From: Octopus sinensis
Lineage: Eukaryota
Length of the DNA: 64,000 bases
Assembly (NCBI RefSeq): GCF_006345805.1
Contig: NC_043004.1
Coordinates: forward strand, 93,434,001-93,498,000
Direction: 5' to 3'
Each line of letters starts with the position of its first letter. Positions within the stretch are counted from its first letter, which is position 1. This document shows, piece after piece, positions 52,225 to 64,000 of this stretch. The translations under genes were made by a program, and so were the position numbers. The notes below the pieces were generated by a model. The model did not search any database. It was not told the DNA's origin and saw nothing but the letters and a program-made list of their open reading frames with translations.

Positions 52225-53170
52225 TCAAAGTAGCCACCCTCAGCTTCTACCACGACTTCAAGATGGCTCCGAAACCTGGCACATGCATTTCTCATTGTGT
52301 CCAAGGGAAGATCTTTGAAAACCTTCTTGATCTTGACCACCAGATCAGCCTTGGTGCAGTGAGCAGTGTGACTGGTGTCTTTCACACTGGAAGCACTCCG
52401 TCGGTTACGACGACGAGGGTTCCGGTTGATCCAATCAACGGAACAGCCTGCTCGTGAAATTAATGTGTAAGTGGCTGAGCACTCCACAGACACGTATACC
52501 CTTAACGTAGTTCTCGGGGATATTCAGCGTGACACAGAGAGTGACAAGGCCGGCCCCTTGAAATACAGGTACAACAGAAACAGGAAGTAAGAGTGAGAGA
52601 AAGTTGTGGTGAAAGAGTACAGCAGGGATCACCACCATCTCCTGCCGGAGCCTCATGGAGCTTTAGGTGTTTTCGCTCAATAAACACTCACAACGCCCGG
52701 TCTAGGAATCGAAACCGCGATCCTATGACCGCGAGTCCGCTGCCCTAACCACTGGGCCATTGCGCATCCACAATGGGATTACAATCGGAGGATATAGGAA
52801 GCCAGAAATTAGGGCTGGCGATGTTGTAGAAATTCTCTGACAACCACTTCCGACACTCTTTCCAGAGGTATGGCAAGAAGCCAAATCCTGCTGCCACACA
52901 TATGACCATCCAGCAGCAAACCTATCCAGCCAGGGATTGACCACAGTCCCCAGCTGCTTCATATAGCCATTTGAATTGAGCCTAAGGCTCTGTTCAAAGA
53001 TGAGGATAAATTCATGCATGCAGATACAGTCAAAACACTTGCTGTGTCCCTTCCTGCTGGCCACAGCTTCACAGTCTCTTTTGCGGTTGTCCATGTCATG
53101 TCTTACAACCTTTACAGTGTCCACTGAGCACTGACCAGCAGTCATGATGTTGGCATTTTGACACCCAGCA
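52225..53170 (-). mobile_element. Tc1/mariner (maT-like) transposase remnant, split by a SINE
   Basis: YVWQQDLASCHTSGKS, SPNFW...DCNP and NACARFRSHLEVVVEAEGGYFE* motifs. Confidence 0.8.
52390..52769 (-). mobile_element. tRNA-derived SINE family A nested in a Tc1/mariner relic
   Basis: Full-length copy interrupting the transposase remnant; only a short caca duplication at the junctions. Confidence 0.9.
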
Positions 53171-53289
53171 TGAATCACGATGATACAGAAAACTCTTTAC
53201 CAATATACCATGATAACACAGAATAACCCTTCACCAATACCTTCCAGCTGTCCATGTCAGTTAACTTCTTCACTACAAATTTAATCTTT

Positions 53290-53440
53290 ACGTTCTCTAA
53301 TGCCTTTGATTGTTCACCATTACATGAAGCTATACTTGAAGGAGACATAAAAATCGTCAAATTTAGCCTAAACAACACCCCATGTGTGGGGTGTAATGCA
53401 GGAAACTCTTGGACCATGAGCCACTTCATTACTTCTGCTA
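53290..53440 (+). pseudogene. Ankyrin-repeat-like coding fragment, frameshifted
   Basis: NAFDCSPLHEAILEGDIKIVKFSL, then in a shifted frame DHEPLHYFC: two ankyrin-like TPLH motifs. Confidence 0.4.
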
Positions 53441-53554
53441 AGTATTAATAAAAATATACATATTCTTATATTTTGAGTTCTATTTTTCCTGTTTGCATCA
53501 ACATACCTAAACATATATATATATATATATATATAAAGTTGGACCTAAGAAGCA

Positions 53555-54440
53555 TTAGTTGTGGTGTGCAAGAGAGACGTTTGCACTGGTAATGTCATGT
53601 GACAAGAATGGATGAAGATAGTTGTGTGGAAACGTGTCACACCCTAGCGGTTGAGGGAACCTGTGGAAGAGGTAGATCCAGGAAAACCTGGGACGAGGTG
53701 GTGAAGCACGACCTTCGAACTTTAGGTCTCACCGAGGAAATGACTAGAGACCGAAACCTATGGAAGTATGCTGTGCGTGAGAAGACTCGGCAGGACAAGT
53801 GAGACCATAACCCATGGCCTCTACCTGGGATGTAGCCAGTCCACTTATGCATATCTTTCCTTCTTGGGACATAAAACTCTACTTGTGAAGACCTGTTGAG
53901 GCAAGTGAGAATTAGAATCAAAATCGAAATCGATCAACATCAATGGAAATTGTAGCTGTGATACCAGTGCCGGTGGCACGTAAGCAAACCATCCGAACAT
54001 GGCCGTTGCCAGCGCCACCCCAAAGGGCCTCCGTGCCAGTGGCACGAAAAAAGCACCATCCGATTGTGGCCGTTTCCAGCCTTGCCTGGCCCCCGTGTCG
54101 GTGGCACATAAAAAGCACCATCCGATCGTGGCCGTTGCCAGCCTCACCTGCCCCCCTTGCCGGTGGCACGTAAAAAGCACCATCCGATCGTGGCCGTTGC
54201 CAGCGGAATGTAAAAAGCACCATCCGACCGTGGCTGTTTGCCAGCCACGTCTGGCACCTGTGCCGGTGGCATGTAAAAAGCACCCACTACACTCATGGAA
54301 TGGTTGGCATTAGGAAGGGCATCCAGCCGTAGAAACATTGCCAGATCAGACTGGGCCTGGTGCAGCCTTCTGGCTTCCCAGACACCAGTTGAACCATCCA
54401 ACCCATGCTGGCATGGAAAGCGGACGCTAAATGATGATGA
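53555..54440 (+). mobile_element. 3' end of an RTE-clade LINE (family D) with internal minisatellite and (GAT)n tail
   Basis: ORF 53599-53802 (GRGRSRKTWDEVVKHDLRTLGL...DRNLW) is a typical RTE ORF2 C-terminus, followed by tandem gtgccggtggcacgtaaaaagcaccatccgatcgtggcc units and an atgatgatg tail. Confidence 0.8.
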
Positions 54441-55639
54441 TATACTAAAATTGAAATTGTAGTTGCGGTCAGTTGGCACACGTGCTGGTGGCATACAATA
54501 AGCTCTATTCAAGAGTGGGTCAATGCTAGTGTCCCTTGCTTGGCCCCCAGTGCCAGTGGAACGTAAAAAGCATCATGTAAACATGGTCAGTGCCAGTGCC
54601 CCCTGACTGACTCTGGTGCTGGTGGCATGTAGAAAGCACCATGCAAACGTGGTCAATGCCAGTGCTCCGCTGACTAGCTCTTGTGCAGGTGGCACATAAA
54701 AAGCACCTTGCGAATGTGGGCAATGCCAGTTCCCCTTGACTGGCTCCCATACTGGTGGCATGTAAGCAGCACCATCCAAACGTGGTTAATGCCTGTGCAC
54801 CCTGACTGTCTCCCATGTCTGTGGCACATAAAAAGCACCATCTAAACATGGTTGATGCCAGTGTCCCTAACTGGTTCCTGTGCCAGTGGCACATAAATAA
54901 AGCACCCACTACACTCTCGGAGTGGTCGGCATTAGGAATGGTATCCAGCTGTAGAAACCTTGCCAGATGAGATTGGAGCCTGTTGCAACCTCAGTCACAT
55001 TCCAACCCATGCCAGCATGGAAAGTGGACGTTAAACGACAATGATGATGATGATATATACATATACGTGTGTGTGTGTGTGTGTTTGTGCATTTGCACAT
55101 GCAACATATGTGCACACATTTATATATCATTGGTGACAATCATCATCGTTTAATGTCCGTATTCCGCGCTAGCACGGGTTGGACGGTTCGACCGGGGTCT
55201 GGGGAGCCAGGGGCTGCTCCAGGCTCCAGTCTGATCTAGCAGTGTTTCTACAGCTGGATGCCCTTCCTAACGTCAACCACTCCGCGAGTGTAGTGGGTGC
55301 TTTTTACGTGCCACCTGCACAGGTGCCAGAGGGGTCTGGCATCGGCCACGATCGGTTGGTGCTTTTATGTGCCACCGGCACAGAAGCCAGTCGAGGCAGT
55401 GCTGGCATCGGCCACATTCGGATGGTGCTTTTATGTGCCACCGGCACAGGAGCCATTCGAGGCGGGGTTGACATGTTATATTAATAGAGATAAGGTTAAA
55501 TAATGATTTTGTTGTGTCTTGAGAGAGTCGTTACACCTAATACAAAAACAAAGTTAATGATGATGACAGTAATTAATGGTGATAACAGAAAGAGATGAAA
55601 ACAAAAATAGGAGAAGCACAGTAAAAATAAGATACATAC

Positions 55640-55834
55640 TCTTCTTGATTGCATCGATTTTACAGCTGATAAGAACTCATTAGTTCGGTCACGGCAGGTA
55701 CCTTCTTGGACTGTTAATATATCTCGTGGTGGAGATTTAGAAGTTAAAGTTGAATTAGAGTTCAAGTTTGGTGAACCTTCCAGGAGCTGGACAGTCTCCT
55801 GGTTGTAATGGGTGTGCCGCCTTCGTGCAATCAT
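55640..55834 (-). CDS. STX5: Syntaxin-5 coding exon 1 (aa 1-65: N-terminal extension with RRR motif and the RDRTNEF N-peptide)
   Basis: MIARRRH...TCRDRTNEFLSAVKSMQSRR matches the Stx5 N-terminus (human MIPRKR...MSCRDRTQEFLSACKSLQTRQ). Acceptor ctttcAG ends 9 nt before the ATG (exon starts 55843). Donor GTATGT at 55639, phase 0. Confidence 0.93.
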
Positions 55835-58656
55835 TTTGGGGGTCTGAAAGAAACAAACAGAGACTGCGTAAGTTGCTGTGTAAATTTGCATGTATGTATG
55901 TGTGTTTGTGTATGTATCAAATGGCATAGTAATTTGTTTCCAGAACTCCTATGTTGTTTTTAAGAATTAATTACTTTTTTTGATGGCATATGACACACTT
56001 TTTTCTTCCCCTGAAAAATTCTTTAAAAAAATTTCTCTGGGTCTTTTATGCAAACTCCGACCTACATTGGTTAAAATGGCCCCCTTTGATTATGAAATGT
56101 CCATGGGATTGCACTTAGAAAGTTCTCCTCTGAGGCACAAGTCTGGGCAACATAGTTTATGGAAGATCAGTAATCACCAATGCATACCAGCCTCTCCTCT
56201 CCTCACCACCAATGTTATCCAATTGAAAGGTAAAGGCTGATACATCTTGGCACCTGTAACGTTGCAACTCATTTCTACGGCTGAGTGAATTGGAGCAATG
56301 GGAAATAAAGGTTTTTTGCTCAAGAACACAACATACAACCTGGTCCAAGAATCATGATTGTGAGTCTGACACTCTAACCACTGAGCCATGGGCCTTCACT
56401 GGGCCTATAATACATGTACTAAATATGCACTGCTGAATTTGAAGTGTATCTATGCTCAGGTGTCTTATGCCATCAAATACAGTTCAGGATTAAGTAAGTT
56501 TATTATAGTTTAACAGCTTAAAGTAGCAAAGTGGCTGAGTTGAGTGTTGGATAGAATGCTGTGTAGTATTTATTTCAGTTATCTACACTTAGAGTTCGGA
56601 TCCTGCAGAGGTCAATTTTGCATTTCATCCTTTAAATAAAATAACAGGCCCAGATGGTGGACTGGCTGTGGAACAGACAAAAATGGCCTTGCAAATTTTG
56701 CTCCAGCTCTTTGTATCCTGAGTTTAAATTCCACTTTTTATCACCACTTTCCTCATAGTGAAAAAATGGGTCCTTCAGAACCCAATTAACAGTGATAGGT
56801 CTCTAGTGTCAGTCGAAGCAACAAATGCCTCAAAATATGCAAAAATATAGTAAATATTATAATTTATGGAATTAAGAAAATTTTTTTATGTAGATGTAAA
56901 TTACAGTACACTTCCATCCCTCCTTGTGGAGGCAGAAGATGAAGTCACAGAAAAAACATGTTTATGTCACATTTTAGAGTAATTTCAACACAGTTATTTA
57001 AAAGCTACCCAAAAGAAGATGCAATGAAAACTGTATTTTATAGCTAATAAATAAGTAGAGGCGTTTTTTACCCCCACTTTTTCCGATTTTTTTATTCATT
57101 TGTTAAGACAATATATTGTCGCAGTGTTCTAAGATTTTACAGCAGTTATTTTGATGCCTATTCACAACTTTTCCACACTACCCCCATCATGAAATCGAAA
57201 ATTGGTGAAAAAACACTCCACCCTACTAAACATGCAGTGAATGAGACTCGAATACTATCTATAGAATCGAAATGATATTTAATATTGATATGGGGTATTT
57301 CTTTGTCGTTAAAACTTGCTACTGAAAGCAATTTTAAGAAGCCAGTTTCAATGACAAAACTTTGAATTAAGCAATTATTATCAATATCAAATATTATATA
57401 TATGCGTATGTACATGTGTGTATAGCTTAACACCCTATCTAACGGTTCTACAGTTAACAATAGCATGTCTACTTATTTGTTATCCAACGTTTAAGCCATT
57501 TAGTATTAATAGACCGGTGATTGTACATTACAAAATCTTTATTTTGGAGTGTTAATATTTAAACAAAACTTTTCACCATCTGTTTTATGTTAGAGTTTCA
57601 AATATCAGTAACAAAATGAATTTATGCAAGTCCAAAGTTTTCACTTAGTTTCAAAAGCAGACAACATACGAAAAGTTATTTACTTTGCTAAACCTCTCCA
57701 AAATGTTGGTTGTTCTCAAATTAACTAAGATACATAAATAGTGTATATCATAAGAAATACGGTCGCTAAAGAGTTAACTGATACAATGGTTTCACGAACG
57801 ATGGACATACATAACGGTTTCATAGTTTTAATCTAAGTCAACAATCCATTTGACAGTCATATTATATAATCCTCGTATAAATACGATATTCCTAATAGTA
57901 TTACCTTAGATTAACTGATACATCTGTTCTTTAAATTTACTTTAAATTTTCTAACGGCAACTTATTCTAATGACACGTCAAACTGTTCGATAATTTTTAC
58001 CTTGCTTAACCAAGAAACTATCCATTTATAAGGTGCTGCATCATAATAGACAAACTAAAACTTAAAAATAAACTAACTATTAGCACCTTATTTTGGTAAA
58101 CGAATCATAAAATTTGTAACCGGTGGAAGTAGATCAGTCCGATACAAGATGCCAATTTTTGGTTACTAGAAAACTTTTTATAGTTGGTTATGTCTGGGAA
58201 GAGTCATTCTGTTTTAATGCCTTATTAATTAACACACTCACCGGTTCACTTTCCACTCATTTACATATTTATTTAATTTTTTGCTTCTAAAATTTTATAG
58301 TTGGCTCGATGCTTTAAAATAACAACCATCTGGAATATGTTTCTATTTCACAGCACCGAGTTGAATCCGGCAGTATCAACTATCTTTCATCGTTACGGAA
58401 CCCGACAAAAAAAAAAGTATTAAAAGATTTTTTTTTTTTTTTGCCTTTTTACCCTAACAGAATTTTAACAGCTCATACTAATTTTAGTTTCTCTTAATTT
58501 TGAGAAAACTAACGGAAAATATTGGGTTTAATCACTCGATCGACCATATGACACATACATACATACATAAAGTACATAACTCTCTATATATAAAATTTTA
58601 TATATGTATATCATTCTCTAACCAAAATTGGCACTGATCCGCAACTTATATAAATG

Positions 58657-58746
<90 letters not shown>

Positions 58747-59372
58747 ATCTGTATCCGTGTTATACATAAACATGTATTGGATACTAACCCACTTGACGCA
58801 AAGGATGTCGAGTACTTTTATGATTCTGTATCAAACAATTAAAGAACATAAGACAAAGAGCGAGAGAGACAGACAGACAGAGAGAGATCGGAAGAAATGA
58901 TGAACACAGGGAGACAGAAACAGACATAAAAATGGAGACAGAGAAGAACAAAAAATAATCTGAGAGAAATAAACTAGTTCGGCTACTAGTTATCTATACT
59001 AATTAATTGACTCTACTTTCAGATTACACTGACTTTCAATGCAGAATTATTGAACAATGAGGAAGATGTTGATACAAACATCTACAGAATGTAAATACAG
59101 TTTCTTAAGAGATATAAATTTGACAGTTAAGATAGAGGACAAAAATAAGCGAAGAAAACAACGTACCCCAGAGAGAGAAACCAGCAGTTGCGTGCTTTAA
59201 TAAATTGATTGCATCCACGTAATCAAATAGGTCAGAGACTTCCGGTGAGTACTATTAGAGTAGCCTCCCTTGAAAAATCGGCTGTTGTTAATGGTTGACA
59301 TTTGTAATAGATTCACTTTGTTGAGATTAGGGAAAGCAGTAAATTGTATTTCCTTGATTGATTGATTGTTGT

Positions 59373-59765
59373 TGTGGGATGGAAGCACTCCGTCGGTTAC
59401 GACGACGAGGATTCCGGTTGATCCGAATCAACGGAACAGCCTGCTCGTGAAATTAACGTGTAAGTGGCTGAGCATTCCACAGACACGTGTACCCTTAACG
59501 TAGTTCTCGGGGATATTCAGCGTGACACAGAGAGTGACAAGGCCGGCCCTTTTGAAATACAGGTACAACAGAAACAGGAAGTAAGAGTGAGAGAAAGTTG
59601 TGGTGAAAGAGTACAGCAGGGATCACCACCATCCCCTGCCGGAGCCTCGTGGAGCTTTAGGTGTTTTCGCTCAATAAACACTCACAACGCCCGGTCTGGG
59701 AATCGAAACCGCGATCCTATGACCGCGAGTCCGCTGCCCTAACCACTGGGCCATTGCGCCTCCAC
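59373..59765 (-). mobile_element. tRNA-derived SINE family A, full length
   Basis: TSD gattgttgt at 59364-59372 and 59766-59774. Confidence 0.9.
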
Positions 59766-60234
59766 GATTGTTGTAGATTAAGCTGGCTATGCCTATCCAG
59801 TCCTTCCTTCGTACATTGCGTATCTGGAATTACTTTATCCAATTTGGTAGGTTGTGATTTGAGGAAGACTTGTCTGCTATTTCTACTAATTCGCGTGACC
59901 ACATAGAGGTTCCTTTGTTGACTTGTCTTTACTCGGTTAAGATGACTGACCCCTCGCACTCGCAACGTCTTCGTATTCTGGTTGGTTCAACAACAACAAC
60001 AACAAGAAATTTATGTTTTTGATAAATATTTTGCTAACAATATTTCCGAGATTGTGACACAGGCTATCCTAAGACCACGTCAACGGCACTCAACAAATAG
60101 TGTTAAGAACTCTGATCTTTACCAGTTCTGCAAATCTAATGTTAATGATAATTTTTTTTAAAAATTATTATTTACTACAAGGACCCAACACGTTGGAGAA
60201 AATATAAAAAATTGTGGCGTGTGCATCCTTTCTA

Positions 60235-60790
60235 CTATAGGCACAATGACCGAAATTAGTGGGTGGGGGGCAGTCGATTAGACCGACTCCAGTACGCAAC
60301 TGGTAGTTAATTTTTCGACCCCCTCAAGGATGAAAAGCAAAGTCGACCTCGGCGGAATTTGAACACAGACGAAATACCTATTTCATTACTACCCACAAGG
60401 GGCTAAACACAGAGGGGACGAACAAGGACAGACGAACGGATTAACTCGATTACATCGACCCCAGTCCGTAACTGGTACTTAATTTATCGACCCCGAAAGG
60501 ATGAAAGGCAAAGTCGACCTCGGCGGAATTTGAACTCAGAACGTAGCGGCAGACGAAATACATATTTCTTTACTACCTACAAGGAGCTAAACACAGAGAG
60601 GACAAACAAGGACAGACAAACGGATTAAGTCGATTATATCGACCCAGTGCGTAACTGGTACTTATTTAATCGACCCCGAAAGGATGAAAGGCAAAGTCGA
60701 CGTCGGCGGAATTTGAACTCAGAACGTAGCGGCAGACGAAGTACTGCTAAGCATTTCGCTCGGCGTGCTAACGTTTCTGCCAGCTCGCCG
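60235..60790 (-). mobile_element. SINE family C, tandem body x3
   Basis: Same units and head (gctggcagaaacgttagcacgccg) on the minus strand. Confidence 0.8.
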
Positions 60791-60879
60791 CCTGGTGGCT
60801 TATACATCGTGTAAATGGATGAGACAAGCAATAAAAATAAAGTCACGGTAAATAAATAGCAATAACAATTTAGATGTGG

Positions 60880-62200
60880 ATGAGTGTTAGGTACGAGAAT
60901 AAGGTGATAGTCAGGCGCCACCTCCAACCGACCTTTCATGTATAGATTCCTGTCAACTTATTTTTCAGTAAGACTAAGTACTCTGCTCTTAACCTTGCCC
61001 CAGGTTCTAAAAACCTGGATGTTCGGACCGAACTCACCCGAACACTTTGACTATACAGTCGGCCCATAAGCAGATACTGGATGGCTTGAACTTTCTTCTC
61101 TATGTTTTAATCCAGAAACCGGCCATGTATCATGATAACACTTTGTATTCCTTCAATACGGTGATAACCACCTTGATTTCCGAGCTATTCGACAGTAGGT
61201 CAGTCAACACAACCGCATCAGTCAACACTGTCCTTCCAAGCGCGTCGCCAGATTTTGGTTCCAAGGGATACTTCAGAATATTCTGGGTGGGCACTAATTT
61301 GTAATAATGCTAAAAAGGAGCTTCGAAATAAGTGTATCACTGTAAATCTGAGGGTGCACCATTGAATGGTGAGGGGACAGTGCCTTCCAGTGCAACTCCC
61401 TAACGACGGACATAAATCCTTCTATGTCTTGGTTGATTCAGAATTACTCTCAATATATCTAACTTCCGAAGCAGTGGAAGAACTAAAACGTATAAGGGAG
61501 TGGAGAGAAAGCACACACCTTTGATGAACTGAGCGCGGTTCCGAGAAATAGTCACTTAGTCTGACCACTACGCAAATACTGCTGTACAAGGAAGAGATTC
61601 CGATTCGAAAAATGAGATTAAAACCGATTGCACTAAGGATAGCAGATAAGTAGCAATGGTCGACACTATCGAATATGTGAGAGTGATCATAAATGTATCA
61701 GTCATACTGAAGCCAGATTTATACATGCTTATAAAGCAAACCCCCAAATGCCGCCATCACAAAAGCATTTCCTGGGTTGGATCTCCCCAATGTCTTTACA
61801 TCTATCTGTGCTATTGAACCTACAACCACAAGCCTACAACCACAACTGTAACCACCATATCGATGGACCCACCGAACGAAACGTATACCAATTTTGTTTT
61901 TGGATCTCGAAGCAAGGACGATATTCTATGAGTTTATAAGTCTATAGCATAATGCATAAGGTAGAGGTTATTCTGGATAGCTCTGCTGAGACCAGTTGCT
62001 CCGAAAACATCAAGAAGTGTCAACCTCTTTGCTAGCATTTTGGACAAAATCTTTAAATCTACATATAACAGAGTTGTTATGAGCCTGAAATTATCAAAGA
62101 TGTCTCTCTTGCTCACATCGCTTCTCTGCTGTATTCTTGTCACTGTATGCTCTCTGCACCGGGAACGACATATTCAGTTTCCAGTGACCGGCCTCCTATT
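60880..62200 (-). mobile_element. Degenerate L1/Tx1-type LINE reverse-transcriptase remnant
   Basis: NFRLITTLLYVDLKILSKMLAKRL...IQNNLYLM matches an RT motif. Further on, SSEIKVVITVLKEY and WADCIVKVFG-like segments; may extend 5' towards 63850. Confidence 0.65.
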
Positions 62201-64000
62201 TATGTTGACAGCGTGCATCACAAACTTGTGGTCTATATAGTCAACCGACTGAAATTGTGGATATGTTATTTTATTCTTTGTAACTATCGGTACCTGATAA
62301 ACAGTTGGGAAAAACCCAATCAAGTTTGAGCGGTTTTTACACTAATCCGCCTCTATTAACTATTTCCATAAAATTTAAGCCAATACAATCCAGTATTAAT
62401 GAGCGAGACATTTTTTAAGAATATTTTTATTTGACTAATGAAGTCTGGTAGCCAGGGCTTTGTCAAGCGTGAATGGATACTAGTGTAAAAGCACATCATA
62501 TTAAAAAAAAAACACTTTAAAAAGAACTCATAAAGGCACTATTTGTTTGTAATGTCCTGTATTGTCCTATCTGTGTATGATACACAATTATAGTAATAAA
62601 GAATCATCTCTTTAGAAAGGTTGTATTCAACTTTCTTCATCTGTGTAGATCATTGTCCACGATACTATCGCCTGCTTCTTTGCACAAGTTATGTCGTTTC
62701 AACAAATTGTATGAATAGTCAAAATATGAACAATTTGCAGTTACAAACCATTGCAGCTAACCGTTGCAGTTCGATTTTCTTTATTTGCCCACCAGGCGCT
62801 TACCGTTACACTTTCTAACGACCGTGCGAAGCGAGGTGACGAGAATGGCTCCTTAGTACATCACACGGTCGATACAATAAATATAAAAAGAATAAATGCG
62901 TATATGAGCCAGGGGAAAAAAAGAGAAACACAACCGGGTAGAATGTTTAAGAGAAGCTTTATTGATATGTTAACATGTGTGACTGTGTGTGCGTCATGTA
63001 TACGGAATAATAGACAGGCCGTCATGAGAACAAAGTGTGTGTATAGACATGGATGTATGCATGTGCGTTAAGTGCAGAGCATTGAATGAATCTATAATGT
63101 GAAGTTAGAAGAATGTTCATAGACACAAGAATAAGAAATACCAGTTCGTAGTCAATTGTACACGATAGTTGAAATGCTGTATCAAGAAGTTGCGGCGATG
63201 ATGCAGAGCCGGTTGAGATACATGTCGTACGTGAAGTTGTGGCTGCGATGCAGTGCCGGTTGAGGTATATGTCGTACGTGAAGTTGTAGCTGTGATGCTG
63301 CTGCCTGGGTCACTTGGTGCAAGAGTTCTCGCAGATTGTATATTTGCTGTTAACCATGGTGAAGTAATTCACGAACAGTGTTGTGTTTAACCTGTGCGAG
63401 TTGGTGGTTGCTGTGTACGTAGACAGATAATGTTGACGACGTTAAGCAGATGATGGTGGCGACGAAGAAAGAGATTGTCGTAATGCTGTTAGACGAGTGT
63501 TGTCGTCTGGCTCACAGGTTTTATATTTGCTGTTGATCCAGGGTGAAGTAATTCACGTACAGTGTTATGTTGAGCCTGGGCGTCTGGCGTTGTCGCTGGA
63601 ACTGGCTGTGTCTTGTGTGGTCAGTAGCTAAACTTTAAAAGGTCTGGGACTAAAGACATCGAGACGATGTGGAGCTGGAGTTTTATAAGGAGCAGTCGGC
63701 TCAAACTAGGGTTGAGAACAGAATGTCTCACGTGACCATATTTGAAGATTGCGATTGGTTGGGTTGGATATTGGTGCGCGATAGAGCAAGAGACAAATCG
63801 CGCCAATATCAACCAGAGTAGTGGACACAACAGGGTCCAAAATGCGGCCAAAAGCTAGCTGTTCTCTTCTACGTTCGTATGTATGTATATATAATAGAGA
63901 GGAGAGGAATTTCCCTCAAGTGTCCGCTACAAGTTCATTGCAGCTTAACTTTACAATTCATTGTAGCTTAAACTATTGTAACAAACTATCGCCGTTTACT

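Noticed and set aside
58236-58250. Strong minus-strand donor (ccg|GTGAGT) as a candidate STX5 5' UTR exon end
   Set aside because: Plausible but unsupported: several other donor-like sites exist at 57.0-58.3 kb and there are no transcript data.

Overview
AT-rich, repeat-dense animal genomic DNA, most likely octopus or another coleoid cephalopod (inferred from the SINE, RTE and microsatellite landscape). The only host gene I can support is syntaxin-5 (STX5) on the minus strand. It has 10 coding exons between 55834 and 31035, all with GT-AG introns and consistent phases (1011 nt, 336 aa). The rest is tRNA-derived SINEs, RTE/L1/RLE-type LINE remnants, Tc1-mariner, hAT, piggyBac, pogo and possibly Merlin relics and MITEs, minisatellites and microsatellites. 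Most notable: (1) a short (TA)n-anchored element carrying minimal type-I hammerhead ribozymes (two tandem copies at 2135-2169 and 2665-2699, a covarying third at 25118-25152, plus degenerate relatives); (2) loss of the internal Met that normally starts the short Stx5 isoform; (3) a ~208-bp-arm foldback just 3' of STX5; (4) a CpG-depletion footprint matching the STX5 transcription unit, with a CpG-normal island bounded by inverted motifs inside intron 2. All analysis was done by eye: exon and ribozyme coordinates were counted base by base, repeat boundaries are approximate.
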